Source of the DNA: Candidatus Parcubacteria bacterium
GTDB taxonomy: Bacteria; Patescibacteriota; Minisyncoccia; Phycocordibacterales; PALSA-1337
Length of the DNA stretch: 64,000 bases
Direction of reading: 5' to 3'
Assembly (NCBI GenBank): GCA_963766795.1
Contig: CAVYBN010000004.1
Coordinates: forward strand, 11,179-75,178
Below are positions 28,087 through 36,965 of the stretch, piece after piece. The notes under the pieces were generated by a model. The model was not told where the DNA came from and searched no databases. It was given only the letters and a program-made list of their open reading frames with translations. The translations under genes and the position numbers were made by a program. The first letter of the stretch is position 1. Every line of letters starts with the position of its first letter.

Positions 28087-28552
28087 GTGCCCTTTCCATA
28101 ATCCTCTCGCCCACCTCACCCCAATCGAAATATTTTTTGTAATCCGCTGGATCAATCAATTTGATCTCCGTTACATCTCCATCCGGATCCGATACAAACG
28201 GTCCGTACGGTTCAACGATGCAAACTGACCGAGTCTGCCGTACTATTCGATCTGGTTCGTAGATATCCTGATAACCAATATACTTCTGGTTCAAAACTTT
28301 CATGTTTGTCTCTTCCTTAACTTCACGGATTACTGCTTCCTCATAGGTTTCTCCCGTTTCGATACCCCCGCCCGGTGGAGCCCAATATCCTTTTTCGGCG
28401 GCGTATACGACTACAAGTTTGCCACCGCAGAAGCAGAAGGCGTGAACAGCTTGGAGAATTTTATCATCGAGATCTTTTAAAGGATCATCTTCACGGTAAA
28501 TAAGATCAAGTTTTTGACCGGAGCGATTTGTTAGAGAAGATTTGATTTCCAT
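28073..28552 (-). CDS. NUDIX hydrolase
   Basis: Nudix box PGGGIETGETYEEAVIREVKEETNM. Confidence 0.85.
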   Translation of the reverse strand: MEIKSSLTNRSGQKLDLIYREDDPLKDLDDKILQAVHAFCFCGGKLVVVYAAEKGYWAPPGGGIETGETYEEAVIREVKEETNMKVLNQKYIGYQDIYEPDRIVRQTRSVCIVEPYGPFVSDPDGDVTEIKLIDPADYKKYFDWGEVGERIMERALSFL

Positions 28553-28694
28553 GAGTATTTTGCTGATAGCTTTGAACGACAGGGAGATTGTTACTCTTCA
28601 TGATGATGTCGTAGATTTAAATATATCTTCATGAATCAAATCAATCTCTGTGAATTGATCTCTTTTAATTGCAATATCTTGAATATCATATTGG

Positions 28695-30044
28695 TTATCG
28701 TACCCTCCTCGACGACGAACCGCTTATGAGCAGAATGTTCGCTTTGCCGTTACGGATATCCTTGAAGACGGCTTCTTCGTCATATGAGCCGTATTTGTTG
28801 TCAGATTTGATCACGAATGTGTCCTTTGTCTTGCTTGGCATAAAACGCCGAGCCCAGCGAAGAGGCTTATCATTCTTGGCAGTGAAACCAGCTAGCGTCT
28901 GTCCGGCGCGAACAACGATCTCGTCGCCCCAATTATCACGATATATGCCTTCGTATTTCTTGAACGGCACTGTTTTGACTGTCTGGCCGTTATTGTTGAG
29001 GATCTTTCTAGCCGCATCGAGTATGCCGAAAGCGATGCTTGACGGATTGATTCCCAAAGAGTTCGCATAGACCATGACGCCGATGTCCGTTTTAATGTCC
29101 AAGACAGTCCTGGTCAAGAATCCATCGAACCCTCCGCCATGACCTATCGTTTTCGAACCGTCCGCATAATCGATGTCTAGTCCCAACCCATATTCGTCAT
29201 TGTCGCCAGTTTTTCCGTGAGGTCTGGACATTTCCTTCCTGGATTCCTTGTGAAGGATGCGGCTTGAAGAAGCTATTGGCGATATCGCCGCAATAAATTT
29301 GGTCATGTCCGAAAGATTGGAAATGAAACCGGCGGCCGGGGCGTATGCCTTCGTGACATAGTGCCCGAATATCTTTCGTTTTTCGTCAGGAATAACCGGT
29401 CCATAACCCGTGGCGATATGCGCGATGCCGGGGTGATAATCGACATATGTGTTTTTCATGCCAAGCGGTTTCAGTATGTTCGCGCGGACATAATCGGCAT
29501 ATGGCATGTCCGAAGCTTTCTCAATGATCGGGCCGAGAAGCGAGTATCCGTAATTCGTGTATTTGAAATCGGTCAGGTTCTCGATGACGAGCGATTTGGA
29601 CGAGAATGACTTCTTCAGGTCTTTCGGGAAATCGCCTGTCTCCCATTGCGGTGTATCGCCGTCGCGGAAGATGCCGGCCGTATGTGACAGAAGTTGGCGA
29701 ATGGTTATGTATTTCGCGTCGCTTTTGGCCGTCTTGGCTTTGAACCATGGAATATAGTCGGCAACCTTATCATCTAGGCGGAGCTTGCCAACTTCGACAA
29801 GTTGCAGGATCGAAACCGCAGTGAACATCTTCGAGTGCGAGGCGATTCGATAGAGCGTCTTATCATCGGTTTTAACATTCTTCTTCAAATCGGCAAAGCC
29901 GAACCCTTTGGCGTAAAGAAGTTTACCTTTGTGAGTTATACCGATAGATATGCCTGGATTGCAATCATACTTGATCTTGAACGGCATCCAGATATCCACG
30001 AGATGGCCAGTTTGCTTAATGGCTTCCTTTTGGGTGATTTTCAT
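28695..30044 (-). CDS. Serine hydrolase of the beta-lactamase (class C / DD-peptidase-like) family
   Basis: Has the SxxK motif YRIASHSKMFTA and is 449 aa. Confidence 0.75.
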   Translation of the reverse strand: MKITQKEAIKQTGHLVDIWMPFKIKYDCNPGISIGITHKGKLLYAKGFGFADLKKNVKTDDKTLYRIASHSKMFTAVSILQLVEVGKLRLDDKVADYIPWFKAKTAKSDAKYITIRQLLSHTAGIFRDGDTPQWETGDFPKDLKKSFSSKSLVIENLTDFKYTNYGYSLLGPIIEKASDMPYADYVRANILKPLGMKNTYVDYHPGIAHIATGYGPVIPDEKRKIFGHYVTKAYAPAAGFISNLSDMTKFIAAISPIASSSRILHKESRKEMSRPHGKTGDNDEYGLGLDIDYADGSKTIGHGGGFDGFLTRTVLDIKTDIGVMVYANSLGINPSSIAFGILDAARKILNNNGQTVKTVPFKKYEGIYRDNWGDEIVVRAGQTLAGFTAKNDKPLRWARRFMPSKTKDTFVIKSDNKYGSYDEEAVFKDIRNGKANILLISGSSSRRVR

Positions 30045-30133
30045 GACGGTAATGATGCGCTAAAAATGTAGGAAAATCAAGCGCACTGGTATATTTTCAT
30101 AATGCGGATTACGAATAACTACCAATCAGAATT

Positions 30134-30841
30134 TCAACCGTCTATTTCCGCGATCAAACCCTTATGGTCAGAAAGATATTCTTCTACCATCTCAAGGCGT
30201 GCGAATGTTAGATTGTCGGGTATCATTATGTAGTCCAAACACCAGTTGTCCTTTGGGTATGAGATATAAGGCTTGTAATCAAAAGATAATTTATAGCCAA
30301 TCAGAGCATCAAGATATCTTGGTAGATCATGCAGATTGAAATCACCGGCCATAATCCTTCTTTCTCCCCGTGAATGAATGAAATCCAGAAATTCTGTTAA
30401 CTCAGCTTTGGCGGACCCCTCACTATTGGTAAAATGTATATTGGCAAAATTATATACTTTCTGTCCTATTCTCACGTCAAAGCAGAGGATCGATCTCGGC
30501 TCCGATCCATTCGGGGTTAGATAATACTCGAATGAATTTACAACAGGATGTCTTGAAATAATCGCCATCCCATGTTGGATAGTTTTCTTTAATTTTTGGC
30601 CTCTTTGAGATTCTTTGGGGTAGATCGTAGAGTGTATAGAATATTCATATTCTGGCAGAATATTCTTTATAATCTCGACTTGCGAGAAAGGAGATATCGT
30701 AGTATCTATTTGCACTTCCTGCAAGAAGATCACATCCGGTTTTTTGGTTTTGATGATTTTCTCGAGATTAGACAACCTTGAGTCAAAATCATAATATCTC
30801 CATAGGTTTAGAGTGAAGATCGATATCATATGTTTAAGCAA
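30134..30841 (-). CDS. Endonuclease/exonuclease/phosphatase (EEP) family protein
   Basis: TLNLW ... DVIFLQEV ... AGDFN ... SDHKG. Confidence 0.8.
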   Translation of the reverse strand: MLKHMISIFTLNLWRYYDFDSRLSNLEKIIKTKKPDVIFLQEVQIDTTISPFSQVEIIKNILPEYEYSIHSTIYPKESQRGQKLKKTIQHGMAIISRHPVVNSFEYYLTPNGSEPRSILCFDVRIGQKVYNFANIHFTNSEGSAKAELTEFLDFIHSRGERRIMAGDFNLHDLPRYLDALIGYKLSFDYKPYISYPKDNWCLDYIMIPDNLTFARLEMVEEYLSDHKGLIAEIDG

Positions 30842-32210
30842 TTAATCGTTTTTTAAATTTATCAGCTAACTTTGAATCTAACAGTTTTTGTCGTATTTTG
30901 TCGGTAATAAATTTGTTCTCGCTTATGATTCTTAAAATATACTCAAATCCACTGATATTGGCTATACTATCGACAATAGATTCTAGTATCTCTGGAGATT
31001 TTGAAGCGATAGCAAAAGGTAATAATTTATGCCATATTCTACTCTCTGTAATTTTCAGAATCTCTTGATCAAGATCGGTCGTTTTTTTCGCGGTATTCCA
31101 TAGCTCAGTTAGTTCCTGGTTGGAAATTGAAATGTCGTCATATAATTCTCTGACTAAATTATCCAATGAAAGTTTGGCATCATAATAAATATCGATAAGC
31201 TCATCCACATTATTTATCCCAAGTCTTTGAAAAGCAGGCTTTGCTTCAAAAAAGCATTCATGCAGAGAGTGGCTGTTTAGACGTAGTAATGTATCATTCT
31301 GCGTCTTGATATATTTAGACCGTAGAGTAAATTTAACTAATAAAATAACTTCGATGGAGGATTTATATTGAGCATACGCATGTGATGAAATTGAGCCTCT
31401 CTCAAGTAAAATGTCTAGACCTTTGATAAAGAAGGGTGCAGTTTCCTGTTCTCTTTCTTTATTATCTAGATTGTTAATAATATAATACCAATCTAAAAAG
31501 ATGATATCTCTGCTAGCCCCAAAATCGTATTTTAGATTTGGTCCGTTCTCAGTTCTTTTGGTAACATAATCATGTCTATGAAACAATCCGAATTCTGTGA
31601 TAAAGCGACTAATCTTATCGTCTCTTGTGTCCATATCTCTAATCAATTCAGTATATGTTCTAGCGATTTCAGTATTACCGATTATAAATTTGACATCGGT
31701 GGCCTTGCTAAATTCAATCATGTCATGACAATTATCTTTTTTCATCTCTTCAATCGAAGACCACCCCGCAATATCCACTTGGTCAAAAGGGAGACCCAGC
31801 ATACTTTCTCGAATTAATTTTTTGATATCAGCGTGACAATCATCGATAAAAACTAAACCTATATCTAGATCTGAATTTGGCAACATGAGATTCCTTGAGG
31901 GAGATCCAAATAAAAATACTGCAAAAGGCAAATCAGTTGCGTCAAGTTGTATGTCAATCGTAATATCGCTGACTATTTTATTAATAGCGTCAAATACTAA
32001 GATACTCATTCCTTTTGTCGAGTCTAATACAGATATTTCTCCACACAAAACACGGTGACTCATTAAATGGAGCCTCTCGGACACTGACTTCGCCGTTGTG
32101 ATCTCCCGATCAGGGGTATCGGTCTTGTTGAAAGCATCAAAATCTCCCATACTCGTCCTTCTAAAAATAGGGACATCATTTTGACCGGTGGATTCTATAA
32201 GTTTTTCCAT
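30834..32210 (-). CDS. GlnD/GlnE-like nucleotidyltransferase-domain protein
   Basis: The pol-beta NTase motif FLFGSPSRNLMLPNSDLDIGLVF and the downstream GPNLKYDFGASRDI resemble the GlnD PNxKxxxGGxRD block. Confidence 0.55.
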   Translation of the reverse strand: MEKLIESTGQNDVPIFRRTSMGDFDAFNKTDTPDREITTAKSVSERLHLMSHRVLCGEISVLDSTKGMSILVFDAINKIVSDITIDIQLDATDLPFAVFLFGSPSRNLMLPNSDLDIGLVFIDDCHADIKKLIRESMLGLPFDQVDIAGWSSIEEMKKDNCHDMIEFSKATDVKFIIGNTEIARTYTELIRDMDTRDDKISRFITEFGLFHRHDYVTKRTENGPNLKYDFGASRDIIFLDWYYIINNLDNKEREQETAPFFIKGLDILLERGSISSHAYAQYKSSIEVILLVKFTLRSKYIKTQNDTLLRLNSHSLHECFFEAKPAFQRLGINNVDELIDIYYDAKLSLDNLVRELYDDISISNQELTELWNTAKKTTDLDQEILKITESRIWHKLLPFAIASKSPEILESIVDSIANISGFEYILRIISENKFITDKIRQKLLDSKLADKFKKRLIA

Positions 32211-32914
32211 ATCAATTCATTAACGCGTTTTGAAAAAAATATGATGTACATCTCGATTTCCGGTCGTCTTATATGTTCCAGACTGATTAGGTTACTGATG
32301 ATATTAGTCTCATTGATGTCTAGCTCTTGCTGAAACCTGTCTAGGAACAAATTTACGACCTGTCTATTATTCAGCTCAGCTATATTTTTGTAATCAATGG
32401 CGCCTTCAATGATGAGAATATCCTTCATTATCCTTATAAAATATTTTTTATAAGTTTTTAAGTCATTTGAAAATACATAGTTTCTCCTTAAAAGCCAGAT
32501 GTAATATCTCATCTTCTCTATCACTGAGGCGTTCATTTGTTCTCGTTTTAATTTGGAAACAATGTCTAGATAGATATTCTTTCCAATTAACACATTGGAT
32601 GAACATAGAACATGGATAAAGTATATTCCTTGATTTCCATTTTGAAAGATAATACTATCTTTATAGATAATCTCATCTATTGAATGAAAGCTAAGGTCGA
32701 TCTTATTAGAGAAGCTGAATATATCTTTTATTGCTCTTAAGGTTTCCACATCAATTTTTTCTAGAACAAGATGGAAATCTAGATCTGACTGGTCGTTAAA
32801 ATCCTCTTTTTGTTTTACTGATCCATAATTAAGCAAGCAGACTATATTATCCCTAATAGGCATTTGCTCGCATAATATTTTAACTTGATTTATTATATTG
32901 TATTCAGGATTCAT
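32195..32914 (-). CDS. Small nucleotidyltransferase (MNT/KNTase-like)
   Basis: LLNYGSVKQKEDFNDQSDLDFHLVL is a GS...DxD motif. Confidence 0.6.
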   Translation of the reverse strand: MNPEYNIINQVKILCEQMPIRDNIVCLLNYGSVKQKEDFNDQSDLDFHLVLEKIDVETLRAIKDIFSFSNKIDLSFHSIDEIIYKDSIIFQNGNQGIYFIHVLCSSNVLIGKNIYLDIVSKLKREQMNASVIEKMRYYIWLLRRNYVFSNDLKTYKKYFIRIMKDILIIEGAIDYKNIAELNNRQVVNLFLDRFQQELDINETNIISNLISLEHIRRPEIEMYIIFFSKRVNELIWKNL

Positions 32915-33039
32915 GAGATGTGTAACCTTAAGTTACAATAAATTTATAGTTAGCTTTTGTGTCCATGGTATCACTCATCTTATGAAAGTAAAGGGGTATT
33001 CTTTCCAAAACTGTGGATAACTATGATTAGCATATATCT

Positions 33040-33720
33040 TCAAAACTTCTCGAGAACATCCTTGTATTTTTGCGCTTCCTTCCATAATATTTTCAATATC
33101 TCCTCAAAACTCTGGCCTTCTTTCACGCATTTCGCGTACACCTTTACGAAATATTCCGTCATGCCGGTACCTCCTATTTTCAAGACCTTGAATGAATCAT
33201 AACCCCACATTGTCGATTGTATCAGGCTTTTTATTCTGGGCTGGCATTGAAGGATTATCGGATCCATTATTTCGCTCAATCTCCAAGTCAAATGCGGGCT
33301 TTCATATTGATCTTCCGGAATTTCAGGGAATACCTCCTTCCATTTCTTGAACCACAAAAAATGAAGGATCTCGTGAGCGATTATCTCCCTCGCTAGCGCC
33401 GTATTTACCCTATAACCGACGCAAAATGAATATTTATCGAGGAATCGCGGAAATACCGGCAGTATCGAGATGTATCCCGTAATCGTGCTTTTATCTCTAG
33501 GCCATTCGGTTTGAAAATGTATCGGCTAAAGTCTCAAGAAATTCATTGCCGACCAGTGCTCCAATCATTTTGGATCATATCTTTTGCCTTGATAATGGCC
33601 GCCTTATTTATTCTCGATCACCTTCTCCGCGAATTCCCGGCATTTCAGGATAGCTTCATCTTTATCTTTTGTTTTCTTGATGATGTCCTCCAATTCCGGA
33701 TAGACTCTATTCATCACGGC
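33040..33720 (-). pseudogene. HExxH metallopeptidase-like gene, disrupted
   Basis: The ORF extends upstream of the tracked TTG start through ALAREIIAHEILHFLW. Further upstream, MNRVYPELEDIIKK...VIENK is cut by an in-frame TAA, and a frame shift precedes EWPRDKSTITGY. Confidence 0.45.
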
Positions 33721-33871
33721 GCCGAATCTTCGTTCTGTCCGAGAAAGAAATACAGATATTCAGCCTCCAGTTCTATCGGAGCGAGCTCGAATTTGACTTC
33801 TGGGATATATTTTTATTATCCATATTTGATTATGATCTGCAACGAGTATTGTAGCAGATTAAGGGGTATGA

Positions 33872-34516
33872 TCACTCTCCCAGATGCGCTTGGTCGTTCC
33901 AGGTAGATATCAGCCAGAGCCTGCCGAACGGATCTTCGCTGTCATAACGGAACACCGACAAGCCGGTATTCCCGGTCTCCAGCCTGGACATGAAGCGCAC
34001 GCATTCACGGCCGTCGAGCTCGTCTCCCATGACGGCGTACGCGGCCATGATGCGCAGGAATATGCCGTGCGTCACAGCCAATATTGATCCCTCCGGCCTT
34101 GCCGCCAAATATTCCAGAGCCTTCTCCGCTCTTGCTTTCAGATCGTCGAAATTCTCCTCGTCTGAATGCCTGAAACCTGGTTTGTCGAAATTGTCCCATA
34201 ATGACCGCCAAATGGCTTGGATATGTTCGGAATCCTGCGGTTGGCCGAAGACCACCGACGGCTTCCGGCGCTCCGACAGCAGGTCTGACGATTCCGCTCT
34301 GATCTTCAAAGACGCGGCTATTATCCGGCCAGTCTCCTCGGCTCTTTCGAGAGTGCTCGTGATCACCGTCTGGATGGAAAGGCCGGCGCATCTTCTGGCC
34401 AGGAATTCGGCTTGCTCTCGGCCTTTCTTGCTCAATGGGGAGTGATTCAGATTACCAGTCGGGCTAATGTTTCCTTCGCTTTCGCCGTGACGGACGAAGT
34501 ATACGGTTTTTTTCAT
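33872..34516 (-). CDS. Histidine phosphatase family (phosphoglycerate-mutase-like) protein
   Basis: VYFVRHGESEGN with a downstream H in VTHG. Confidence 0.85.
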   Translation of the reverse strand: MKKTVYFVRHGESEGNISPTGNLNHSPLSKKGREQAEFLARRCAGLSIQTVITSTLERAEETGRIIAASLKIRAESSDLLSERRKPSVVFGQPQDSEHIQAIWRSLWDNFDKPGFRHSDEENFDDLKARAEKALEYLAARPEGSILAVTHGIFLRIMAAYAVMGDELDGRECVRFMSRLETGNTGLSVFRYDSEDPFGRLWLISTWNDQAHLGE

Positions 34517-34534
34517 AACGGTTTGGATCTTATG

Positions 34535-35581
34535 TCATCGCTTCTTTTTCTTCGCGCCCAAGATCTTCTTCACCTCCCTGTCGAAATCGGAGATGTAGTT
34601 TTTGTCTTGGACGGCTCTGTATTTCCCATATTCTTTGAGAGCCAGAGCTTCCGCCACTTCATGGCTGACTTTGCCTGTATCAGCCAATATCTCTCGTTCA
34701 TTGAATTTCAAAAAGGCATCGAGCTTTGCTACCCAATCTTTCATGCGCATGATGATCCCGCGCTCGGCCTGCATTTCCGCGTAATCGAGGTACATGGTTA
34801 CGATCCTGTTCAAATGGTCGAGCTCTTTTTCTTGCAGATAGTTCTTCGCGATGATGACATCAGTCTCTCGGATCTCGCCTTTTGGAGCATTTTTCCAAAC
34901 AGTCAGCCCCATGTTTTGCTTTGTGCTGTCCACCCGCGAATGTATTATTTCCGCCGCAGTCTGTCCAGTGATGGCAAAGTGGAGCTTGTTCTGTACCGTG
35001 GCAAAAAACATCTTAGTTATCTCTTCATTTGGATCATAGTCGGCGCTGCACTGCGCGTATATGTCAGTTACTTTTTGATACATCCGCCTTTCACTCGAAC
35101 GAATATTCCTGATCCTCGCCAGTTGTTCTTCGAAATAATCATGTCCAAAGAATCCGTTAGGATCTTTGAGACGCTCATCATTCATAGTGAATCCTTTGAT
35201 TATGTACTCTTTCAATCTTTCAGTAGCCCAAATGCGGAATTGGGTGGCTTGCGCGCTGTTCACCCTATAACCGACGGAGATGATGGCATCCAAGTTATAA
35301 AATTCCAATTCCCTGTTTATGGCTCTATTTCCCTCATTTTGAACTGCTCGAATTTTTCGAGTAGTTGAATTTCTGTCTAATTCACCTGACGCGTATATTT
35401 CACTCAAATGGTATGTAATCGTATTAGATTCCACGTCAAAAAGCTCACTGATTTTCTTTTGAGTCAGCCATATATTCTCGTCGCGCAGGAATATCTCGAC
35501 CTTAACCTTGCCATTCGGCGTGGTGTAAAGCAGAAACTCCGTAAAACTGTTATTCGGAACGATTTGATCCTTTTTACTCAT
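34535..35581 (-). CDS. RhuM-family protein
   Basis: VKVEIFLRDENIWLTQKKISELF...ISVGYRVNSAQATQFRIWAT. Confidence 0.8.
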   Translation of the reverse strand: MSKKDQIVPNNSFTEFLLYTTPNGKVKVEIFLRDENIWLTQKKISELFDVESNTITYHLSEIYASGELDRNSTTRKIRAVQNEGNRAINRELEFYNLDAIISVGYRVNSAQATQFRIWATERLKEYIIKGFTMNDERLKDPNGFFGHDYFEEQLARIRNIRSSERRMYQKVTDIYAQCSADYDPNEEITKMFFATVQNKLHFAITGQTAAEIIHSRVDSTKQNMGLTVWKNAPKGEIRETDVIIAKNYLQEKELDHLNRIVTMYLDYAEMQAERGIIMRMKDWVAKLDAFLKFNEREILADTGKVSHEVAEALALKEYGKYRAVQDKNYISDFDREVKKILGAKKKKR

Positions 35582-35920
35582 GGCTACATTCTATGCCTTT
35601 TTGAGCAAAAGTGAAGCTGAGATCATGTTTATGCAGTACGAATCTTTTTATTTTATAAATGACGGAATGTGTACAAAATGTGCACAGAATCGCTAAAATA
35701 CGGCTTGATCTGAGTTTGAACCGGCTTAAAACCCCTTGACATTTGCCTCTTTACTTTTGGGTGCCATATGTGTTATAATAGCCTTGAATTGGAATGCTTA
35801 CAGTTCTTTTGTCAGTCCTTAGTCCTTTGACAACGGAATACTCTGAAAGCATCGACCGATCTCGACTTAAACCCGACCCGCGCCGCCTGCGGCGCCGGTC
35901 ACAGAAAAAGAAAGGAGGGC

Positions 35921-36500
35921 TTGATGAAAGCACTTCGTAAGATCGCGATGTTCGCCATCGCACTCATCGCCCTCTTTGCTTTCGAAGCGAAGGGGCAGAC
36001 ACCACAAGCATCGACGGTTCCGGCGGGGTTGCCGCAGTCACTGCCGATGTTCGCGAACACGAATGAGATGGTCACTTGGTTAATCACCAATCAGCCCGCC
36101 AATGTCAATGTGTTCGTACATTATATTGACAAGGAGGAACGAACAGATCAGAATCAACATTGCAAATTTGACCGTGTTTAATTCTCATGGCACATACCAA
36201 AATTATGTGGCAACTAACGCGGTTGGGTTGGTCAACTGGATCAAGACGCATTATAGCCCGTCCTCGCAACCGGCTTGGCTTGAGGTATGGGTATACACTG
36301 ACCCAACGCAACCTGTCGATTCGTTATCTTTGCGTGCCACGAACACCTCGTTGAATGCAATAACTTCGGCTTGGGTCTCGAATAAGTTGGCGCCGAATTA
36401 CATCTACTCAATGTTCCCGTTCCGGGGCTTCAGCAATTCACCATCAGATGAACGAGTCCGTCATACTAATTCGTGGAAGGCGGCAATCCGTCGCAAATAA
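35921..36500 (+). CDS. Secreted hypothetical protein; frame broken near 36120-36130
   Basis: The signal peptide is MMKALRKIAMFAIALIALFAFEA. Two similar halves (EMVTWLITNQPANVNVFVHY and AVGLVNWIKTHYSP...WLEVWVY) lie in different frames. Confidence 0.45.
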
Positions 36501-36965
36501 CCTACCAAACCGCCGCTATCCAGCCCGAAAGGACCACGGCGAATGGTTGGTGCTCAATTCGTGGTACTGCCCTTGGCGCGACCGAGAAGCGAGATTCAGC
36601 GTGACGGCAACGAGGTCAAGCGCAGATGTACACCCAGAACCGGAGCTCCGCTGTTGCCGGCCGGCTCTGTCAATGTTTCGCCTCGCTCGTTCAGTTGCAG
36701 GCTCTCATGACCACCGGATCGGACATGACGAGTCCAATGTACGCCAATCGATCTTGGCCAATGGTTGGCAGACGTCGTCGACTGTCTCTTGGTCATCGAA
36801 CACCGGTACGGCGACGATAGTCGTAAATCAACCGACGCAAGCCAAAGGCAACATCGTGCCACCCCCAACGCAAAGGTTTTTCAGAGCCTTTCCGAATTAG
36901 CTTCCACACTCTCCCGGGCAACCGCCCGCGAGAGGTTCTTTCATTCCGTCTAGAGTCAATAACCT

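Noticed and set aside
34412-35368. A 318-aa plus-strand ORF.
   Set aside because: It lies entirely antisense to the well-supported RhuM-family gene and has no start context or motifs.
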